The notes under the pieces were generated by a model. It had not been told where the DNA came from. It saw only the letters and a program-made list of their open reading frames with translations, and did not search any database. Made by a program: the position numbers and the translations under genes. Source: Bacteroidales bacterium (GTDB taxonomy: Bacteria; Bacteroidota; Bacteroidia; Bacteroidales; VadinHA17). From it: a DNA stretch of 64,000 nucleotides. The stretch covers positions 4,278 to 68,277 of the forward strand of contig JAGNKY010000015.1 of assembly GCA_017999895.1 (NCBI GenBank), given 5' to 3'. This document shows positions 57,533-64,000 of this stretch, in pieces; position 1 is the stretch's first letter; every line of letters begins with the position of its first letter.

Positions 57533-58367
57533 TTATTTATATAATTTAGCAGATTTATAGGAGAAATTTACTCTTTGATTTCGAAAAAACCAAATTTTAC
57601 CCCTCCCCCCCCTATTTTTTATCTAATTAACTATTAGATACATACAAAATTATTTTTTCACGTCCGGGCATATCTATCCCATGGAAACTACTATTCTTAA
57701 TTGAGTACAGCAGCAAATATTGTACGTCAGGTTCATCATCCCTATTTTTGCTTTAGCCCTTGTCATTTCAATTATACGTACGAATGAATCGTTCATACTA
57801 TTTTCTACAAATCCAAATAAGTGTTCTACCCTGGCACGTATTCCAGATTTCTCTCCTTTACTGGCTTTCTGTTCTTCAGTTAAGGGTTTGTTACGGTATC
57901 CCTTCTCATTGATTTTGTTTATGATTTTTTTCTTTTTGTAAACTGCCTCCTGATCTTCTCCCGTATAAGCGCTGTCAGCATAAAGTTGTTCCCTGAATAA
58001 CCAAAATGTCTTACTGTCATGAACCCTGTCTCTTTTATTCAATCCTAAAAAACGTTTAAAACTTGCCCGACGGGCAATCTGATATTCCAACGCACTGATC
58101 ATCAGAAAGGTTATACAAACTTTGAATTATAAGAGCTTTGAATAGCATCAATCGGTTAAACGTAGGGCGACCTTTTTTAAGCGGATCATCAAGTTTACTT
58201 AAAGTTTCCAGTAAAAATGATAATCGAATAGTCCGAGTGGATTAATGTTTTTCATTTTGATTATTTTTATACTTGAAAATTAAGTAAATATTTCTTTTAT
58301 ATTATTCTTATATTATTAACATTTAAATAATTATATCAACAATGGGTTTTTAGATATACCCATAAGA
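57533..58367 (-). mobile_element. Degenerate IS5-family element, copy 2 (shorter, internally deleted)
   Basis: The 142-aa ORF joins LEYQIARRASFKRFLGLNKRDRVHDSKTFWLFREQL directly to YADSAYTGEDQ..., so the region present in copy 1 is missing. A further deletion lies upstream. The flanks are homologous to copy 1. Confidence 0.7.
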
Positions 58368-58397
58368 AACTCAATCTTTCGCTAATATTTTAAATCA

Positions 58398-60023
58398 TCA
58401 ATATTGTTCTCCCTCCGGTTTCGGGAACTCTCTGATCGGACTGTACCGTGCATAAGATTCGAATACTTCCTTATCAGGCCCGACAACCCGGGGATCCTCC
58501 GATCTTTCAAGCTCTTTAAGCAATTCGGTTTTCATCTCCTGCTCAATGGCATAAAACATGGGATTTCCACACAGATTGGTCAAACAATACGGATCTTTCT
58601 TAACATCATACAATTCATATTCGGGTCTTTTTGCATAAGCCCAGTCAAAGTACCGCTTAACATTTGGATCATTATGTTTTTCAATAAGGAATGATTTCGA
58701 GGGACTTGCATCAACATCGGTAAACGCCCATTCTGAATGATGTATACCCTTTTCATCAATTCCATACATCGGTAACAGTTTTCCTGTTTTACTATCAATT
58801 GCCTGCGGATCACCTGCAGGCCATAATCCGGGTTTCATATTCCATATCAACAGGTATTGGGCACTCCGGATTAACCGCACAGGATATCCCAGATTGTTCC
58901 ACCTCGATGAAGAATGGCGTTCCCTGCCTGCAAATATGTATTTTTTCGTTTCATCAACAATGCCTGATTTTTTTGACTTAAGTATATTAACGATACTCCT
59001 TCCGAAAATTGGCATCATACCATCCGGTTTAGTATTTGTCATTTCCAGTATAGTAGGGGCAAAATCAGCAAAGCTCACAGGATCATCAACAATCCTGTTC
59101 CCGGTAAATCCGTTCGGATAACTTATTGCCAGGGGGACATGAACTCCATATTCATAACCGTTTGCTTTAGCCCTGGGAAAAGGCATACCGTTATCACCTG
59201 TAACGAAAACTATTGTATTATCAAGTTCACCGATAGAATCCAGATAATTGAGTATACGGGTCAGATGAAGATCGAACCATTCAATCTCAACGGCATAATC
59301 CAGAAGATCTCCTCTGATAACTTCATCATCGGGAAGAAACTCCGGAACCTGTACCAGTGTCAAATCTTTCCCGTTGCGTTTCCATGAATCTTGTTCATAA
59401 GCCCTGTGAGGCTCTGTGGCACCATACCAGAAATAAAAGGGTTGTCCATCGCGACGTTCTTTCATAAATTGAAGAAAATTGGCATAATAATTCGTGGCGC
59501 CAATCCCTCCTGCTGTTCTTTCATCACCCGGATCGCCTTTCTTATATTTAATTGAATTATACGCTTTGCCTGCAGCATTCTCTTCTCTCCACAGTGAATC
59601 CTGTTCATCCCGGGCATACTGAAATGGATCGACTCCCTTACCTGTAAAACCCGTGTGATAACCATTTGCTTTAAGAACATCCGGAAATGGAACATACTTT
59701 TTCAACCATGCCGATGCATGCTGACCGCTCGATTCATTCTGCCAGTGATAACGACCTGTTATAAGCGAACTGCGTGAAGGAGCCGATCCGGGAGAACCTG
59801 CAAAACAATTTGTAAAATAGACTCCACTCCGGGCTATTCTGTCAAATCCGGGAGTATTGACAAACTTACAGCCGGCAAAGCTGGTATGAGCGAATGATTG
59901 ATCATCGCTGATAGCAATAAGGATATTGGGACTTTTTAACTCTCTTTTTTCTTTCGGCTGACAGGATGTAAAGAGAATCCCTCCCCCCACAGTACAAATA
60001 ATCGCAGTTGATAAAGCATTCAT
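58398..60023 (-). CDS. Sulfatase (Ser-type motif), lipoprotein-like
   Basis: 541 aa. Motif S-A-P-S-R-SSLITGR (59772-59786) and ILIAISDDQS. Confidence 0.85.
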   Translation of the reverse strand: MNALSTAIICTVGGGILFTSCQPKEKRELKSPNILIAISDDQSFAHTSFAGCKFVNTPGFDRIARSGVYFTNCFAGSPGSAPSRSSLITGRYHWQNESSGQHASAWLKKYVPFPDVLKANGYHTGFTGKGVDPFQYARDEQDSLWREENAAGKAYNSIKYKKGDPGDERTAGGIGATNYYANFLQFMKERRDGQPFYFWYGATEPHRAYEQDSWKRNGKDLTLVQVPEFLPDDEVIRGDLLDYAVEIEWFDLHLTRILNYLDSIGELDNTIVFVTGDNGMPFPRAKANGYEYGVHVPLAISYPNGFTGNRIVDDPVSFADFAPTILEMTNTKPDGMMPIFGRSIVNILKSKKSGIVDETKKYIFAGRERHSSSRWNNLGYPVRLIRSAQYLLIWNMKPGLWPAGDPQAIDSKTGKLLPMYGIDEKGIHHSEWAFTDVDASPSKSFLIEKHNDPNVKRYFDWAYAKRPEYELYDVKKDPYCLTNLCGNPMFYAIEQEMKTELLKELERSEDPRVVGPDKEVFESYARYSPIREFPKPEGEQY

Positions 60024-60096
60024 AATTATAATATTTGAGTTTTAATATTTGAGTTTGATCATCTTCTTTTAATTGATTTCCCCTTAAAATACTCCT

Positions 60097-60850
60097 AATT
60101 AGGGTTTGGTGAATAAGTCATTTGGTTTTTGATAACATTAATTCATTCTGACGCAAGATAAAAATGTCTGGCACTGAAAAAAATGATGATAAATCCTCTT
60201 TTAAAAAAAAAAAGAACAAAAATTCTTTGCCGAGCCTTATCAGGTTCATCACAAAGAATATGGCTACTATCCAACTTATTGTTTGTATTATCATTACCAT
60301 GCTCATTAATATCCTACCTGGTAGCATCCCCTTTCTTCTCTGACCTGAGTATGATCTGCCGGGTCATCGCATCAAACTTATCTGCTCCTAACCGGTAACG
60401 TAATGTCGTGAAGAGTGACCTGTCAAACACATCTTCATAGGTATACTCACTCAGTCCAAGAAAGTACTGCATATACATATTCTCACGGATAGTCTCTATA
60501 GTCTCCCTATCATCCAGTTTCAACTTATGCTTTATTATCATAGCCCCTATTACTATCCTTGCATCTATGGCTGGAGCCCCCATATCTGAACTCATCGATC
60601 GATAATAGATTCTTGCCAGCGCATCCCATGGTATTGATTCTCCTAACCTTACCCACCTGTTGCTTTTATCCAGCTTAATCTCGAATGGTGTCTTAAATTC
60701 CTCGATGCTCATCTGATTTTGCGAAGTATATCTGATCATAATTGCATGGTTTTCTGAAAGAAAGATACAAATAATATGCAATATTTAATCAAAAATTACC
60801 TGTTTTTTATTAACAATCAATTGTTTATAACTTTTTCACCAAAGCCTAAA
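60097..60850 (-). mobile_element. ~754-bp internally deleted IS5/IS1182-type derivative, copy A, keeping only the DUF772-like transposase N-terminus
   Basis: Imperfect terminal inverted repeats: TTAGGGTTTGGTGAATAAGT (from 60099) versus the reverse complement of ACTTTTTCACCAAAGCCTAA (to 60849). ORF 60314-60781 encodes ...NRWVRLGESIPWDALARIYY...IVIGAMIIKHKLKLDDRETIETIRENMYMQYFLGL. No DDE domain. Confidence 0.75.
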
Positions 60851-60987
60851 TAAATATGTTTTTAAGGAACGACTATTTAGCTGTATTACAAACTATATGA
60901 TAGAACCTAAAACCAGTATTATGAATATGGTGTATGGTAAATTAATGACGTGAAAATCTAGTATAAAAATAAAATTTTTGAAATCAT

Positions 60988-62394
60988 TTATCTGGCTGTA
61001 GTTACTTCTTTATGGAGGTCTAATGATAAATTATACTGCATCTCTTTTCTCAGTTCCTGAACTTTATCCGGATTATCTTTTGCAATATCTTTGGTTTCGT
61101 ACGGATCAAGTTTGATATTATATAATTCATCAGTGCCATCTTCGAATTTACTGCCGTTGTGTATTAATTTCCAACCGTCTTTCTGCAATGCGGCGCCGTT
61201 ATTTGATTTCCAGTACAATGATCGATCTTTTGGAGAAGCATTTCCATTAATAAGAGGCCAGAAATTAATTCCCTCGATATTAAACTCAGCAGGTATCTTT
61301 GCTCCTGCAAGGTAAGCCAAAGTAGGATAAATATCTGTCACATTAACGGACTCTTCGATTTTCATATATTTCAGTTTTCCGGGCCAGATGAGTATAGCAG
61401 GTACTCTAAGGGCTCCTTCATAAAGGGATCCCTTCCAGCCTCTCAGAGGTTTGTTATCGCCAAGGACATCATTCCCTTTAAATTTCCCGCCATATTCTGT
61501 TTTTGGATGCCAGTTTTGCTGTCCACCATTATCGCTCAGGAACATAACTACAGTATTTTTTTCAATTCCAGCTTTTTTAATCGCAGCGAGGATGAGACCT
61601 ATTGAAGTATCCATGTGTTTGACTGATGCTGCATAATCACGACGTGATTTGTTGCTTATAATATTTTGAAAGGCATCAATATATTCTTTAGGTTCCTGCA
61701 ACGGATAATGAGGCACTGTGAAGGCAACATATAAAAAAAACGGTTCCCCATTTTTACGTGGTTTACTTATAAACCTGACAGCTTCTTTTGCAATCAAATC
61801 TGTTGCATGGCCTTCCTCATCTATCAATACATCATTTCTCTGCCAGGTTTTAGCTCCGTTTTTATAGAGATGAGTATACGGATCTATCTGCCCACGTAAA
61901 GATCCATATGAAGAGCTGAAGCCGTAATGCATGGGTCGCGCTTCTGGAACTGCTCCTAGATGCCATTTACCTGAAATTCCTGTGTCGTAGCCGTTTTGTC
62001 TTAAAAGTTCTGCAATTGTTACAGTTCCTGCCGGCAGTCCTGCATCATCAGCAAGGGGGGCTAAAATACCATATCTACTAGGGAATCTTCCTGTTAATAA
62101 TGAAGCTCTTGTTGGTGAGCTTACCGAGCAGACATAGAACCTGTTAAACTCGATTCCTTGGCTGGCAAGTCGGTCTATATTGAGTGTTGTGATTTCCGAT
62201 CCATGATAACCAACATCATTCCAACCCAGGTCGTCCGCAAGAATTACTACGAAATTTGGTCGTTTGTTTTCAATACTTTTTTTATTCTGTTTACAACTTA
62301 ATGTTATTGCAGAAGGAATCATCAAAACGGAAACTCCGAAAAGTGAGAATCCAAAGATTCGATTCCTGTAATTTAATAACGATTGATTTTTCAT
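60988..62394 (-). CDS. Sulfatase (Ser-type motif), secreted
   Basis: 468 aa. Motif S-S-P-T-R-ASLLTGR (62107-62121) and VVILADDLGWNDVG. Confidence 0.85.
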   Translation of the reverse strand: MKNQSLLNYRNRIFGFSLFGVSVLMIPSAITLSCKQNKKSIENKRPNFVVILADDLGWNDVGYHGSEITTLNIDRLASQGIEFNRFYVCSVSSPTRASLLTGRFPSRYGILAPLADDAGLPAGTVTIAELLRQNGYDTGISGKWHLGAVPEARPMHYGFSSSYGSLRGQIDPYTHLYKNGAKTWQRNDVLIDEEGHATDLIAKEAVRFISKPRKNGEPFFLYVAFTVPHYPLQEPKEYIDAFQNIISNKSRRDYAASVKHMDTSIGLILAAIKKAGIEKNTVVMFLSDNGGQQNWHPKTEYGGKFKGNDVLGDNKPLRGWKGSLYEGALRVPAILIWPGKLKYMKIEESVNVTDIYPTLAYLAGAKIPAEFNIEGINFWPLINGNASPKDRSLYWKSNNGAALQKDGWKLIHNGSKFEDGTDELYNIKLDPYETKDIAKDNPDKVQELRKEMQYNLSLDLHKEVTTAR

Positions 62395-62446
62395 CTCTAA
62401 TTTTTTTGGTTTATTTACAAGTTTTTAAGATTATTCTTCCTGTTTA

Positions 62447-63200
62447 AATTAGGTTTTGGTGAATAAGTCATTTGGTTTTTGATAACATTAATTCATTCTG
62501 ACGCAAGATAAAAATGTCTGGCACTGAAAAAAATGATGATAAATCCTCTTTTTAAAAAAAAAGAACAAAAATTCTTTGCCGAGCCTTATCAGGTTCATCA
62601 CAAAGAATATGGCTACTATCCAACTTATTGTTTGTATTATCATTACCATGCTCATTAATATCCTACCCGGTAGCATCCCCTTTCTTCTCTGACCTGAGTA
62701 TGATTTGCCGGGTCATCGCATCAAACTTATCTGCTCCTAACCGGTAGCATAAGGTCGTGAAAAGAGACCTATCAAAAATATCTTCGTAAGTATACTCTTT
62801 TAAACCAAGAAAATACTGCATATACATATTCTCCCGGATAGTTTCTATTGTCTCCCTGTCGTCAAGTTTCAACTTATGCTTTATTATCATGGCCCCTATA
62901 ACTACCCTTGCGTCTATGGCCGGCGCTCCCTTATCTGAACTCATAGAACGATAGTAAATGCTTGCAAGGGCATCCCATGGTATTGATTCTCCAAGCTTTA
63001 CCTACCTGTTGTTCCTGTCAAGCCTGATCTGGAAAGGCGTCTTAAATTCCTCGATGCTCATCTGATTTTGTGAAGTATATCTGATCATAACTGCATGGTT
63101 TTCTTATATAAAAATACAAAAAATATGCACATATTGATCAAAAATAATCTGTATTTTATTAACAATTAATTGTTTATAACTTATTCACCAAAGCCTAATT
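62447..63200 (-). mobile_element. ~754-bp internally deleted IS derivative, copy B, in the same orientation as copy A
   Basis: Same inverted repeats and same internal sequence as copy A. It additionally carries a TGG to TAG nonsense change (stop at 63002-63004) in the transposase N-terminal remnant. Confidence 0.75.
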
Positions 63201-63371
63201 ATAATTTGAAAATTCAGATAATGGAGTCCAGTTTTCAGGAATGAAGGATTGCATTTTCTCGATCTGCCCTCCATGTTTAATATGTTTATGATATAATACA
63301 AATTTAGTATAAAAAGCAATCTACATATAAAAATACCAGATAAATATAATTCGGGCATAATCCACTGTAAA

Positions 63372-64000
63372 TTATTTAAGAGTGCTTACCATCGGTAGTT
63401 TTAGAGTATCGCCTGTTAATTTCTGCCATTCATATATCTTGTTGGCAAGAAAGATGATCTTTCCCCTGAATTCAGGTTCTGTAAATATATTGATCTTTTC
63501 CCACGGATCGGAGTTTAGATTGAAAAGCTGAGAATTATCTAGTTCACTCAAACACAGTTTCCATCCATCTGGTGATATTACTGTTCTTGTATTTGATTTT
63601 TCAGCCTTGAAAATTTCTTCAACAGGAGCAATCCTTGATTTTGGAAGTGAGCTATAATCGAGATCCCTGTTGGAATTCCACTCAATAAAGACATAATCCC
63701 AATTAGCCTTTTTGCCTGAGATAAGGGGAAGAAGGCTCTTCCCATGCAGCTTTTTATTATCTATTTCTGCATTCATCAGGTCAAGGATTGTCGGCAATAC
63801 ATCGATCTGACTAACCGGATTTTCAATAACGCGGTGTTTTGTTTTCATCGCCGGAATTTTTATCATGAGGGGGACTCTTATTGCTTCCTGGTACATAACC
63901 GATTTTGCGACCAATCGGTGAGCTCCCATCATATCTCCATGGTCGCTGGTAAAAACTACAATCGTATTATCTTCAAGACCCAGTTCATTCAGCTTATTAA
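63372..64000 (-). CDS. Sulfatase, C-terminal part only (5' end beyond the window)
   Basis: The reading frame continues upstream of the listed Met (…NTIVVFTSDHGDMMGAHRLVAKS…) to the window edge. TSDHGD is the conserved sulfatase motif. Confidence 0.75.
   Translation of the reverse strand, partial: NKLNELGLEDNTIVVFTSDHGDMMGAHRLVAKSVMYQEAIRVPLMIKIPAMKTKHRVIENPVSQIDVLPTILDLMNAEIDNKKLHGKSLLPLISGKKANWDYVFIEWNSNRDLDYSSLPKSRIAPVEEIFKAEKSNTRTVISPDGWKLCLSELDNSQLFNLNSDPWEKINIFTEPEFRGKIIFLANKIYEWQKLTGDTLKLPMVSTLK

Overview
AT-rich window whose gene content points to a Bacteroidota chromosome: GH92, GH16, DUF5107, DUF2851 and DUF6807 genes, Ser-type sulfatases, lipoprotein-type signal peptides and IS5-type elements. 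This is inferred without any database search. It falls into four blocks. (1) 1-13.4 kb is a visibly lower-GC accessory island that starts right after the 3' end of a tRNA cut by the window edge. It holds a tightly coupled, co-directional four-gene cassette: a PLD-SNF2 nuclease/helicase, a 1131-aa gamma-class N6-adenine methyltransferase, an OLD-family ATPase/Toprim nuclease and a short UvrD-like helicase. After it come a duplicated palindromic element, a stand-alone DprA/Smf-like gene, a small unknown gene, an internally deleted GmrSD-type (DUF262-DUF1524) remnant flanked by ~140-bp direct repeats, a cluster of small GC-core hairpins and a 71-bp tandem repeat. No integrase is visible. (2) 13.4-33.6 kb is housekeeping: tRNA-Pro(CGG), GH92, GT9, priA, a TrmH-family methylase, dNK, pnp, rpsO, pyrF, prfA and purM. 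(3) 33.6-51.9 kb is an all-minus-strand glycan/amino-sugar cluster. It includes two tandem paralogous Tat-signal proteins of unknown function and an apparently exported NagA-like amidohydrolase. (4) 52-64 kb is a decaying sulfatase locus. It has three complete Ser-type sulfatases plus one partial sulfatase, and a radical-SAM sulfatase maturase (anSME) broken by frameshifts and an in-frame stop. It also has a K+/H+ antiporter remnant, two degenerate IS5-like copies, and two ~754-bp internally deleted IS derivatives bracketing one sulfatase. The best candidate for a new system is the four-gene cassette at 215-10040. It reads as a DISARM/Type ISP-like helicase-methylase pair fused in one operon to a Gabija-like OLD/UvrD pair. 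All family assignments come from motif reading by eye and need HMM or BLAST confirmation.
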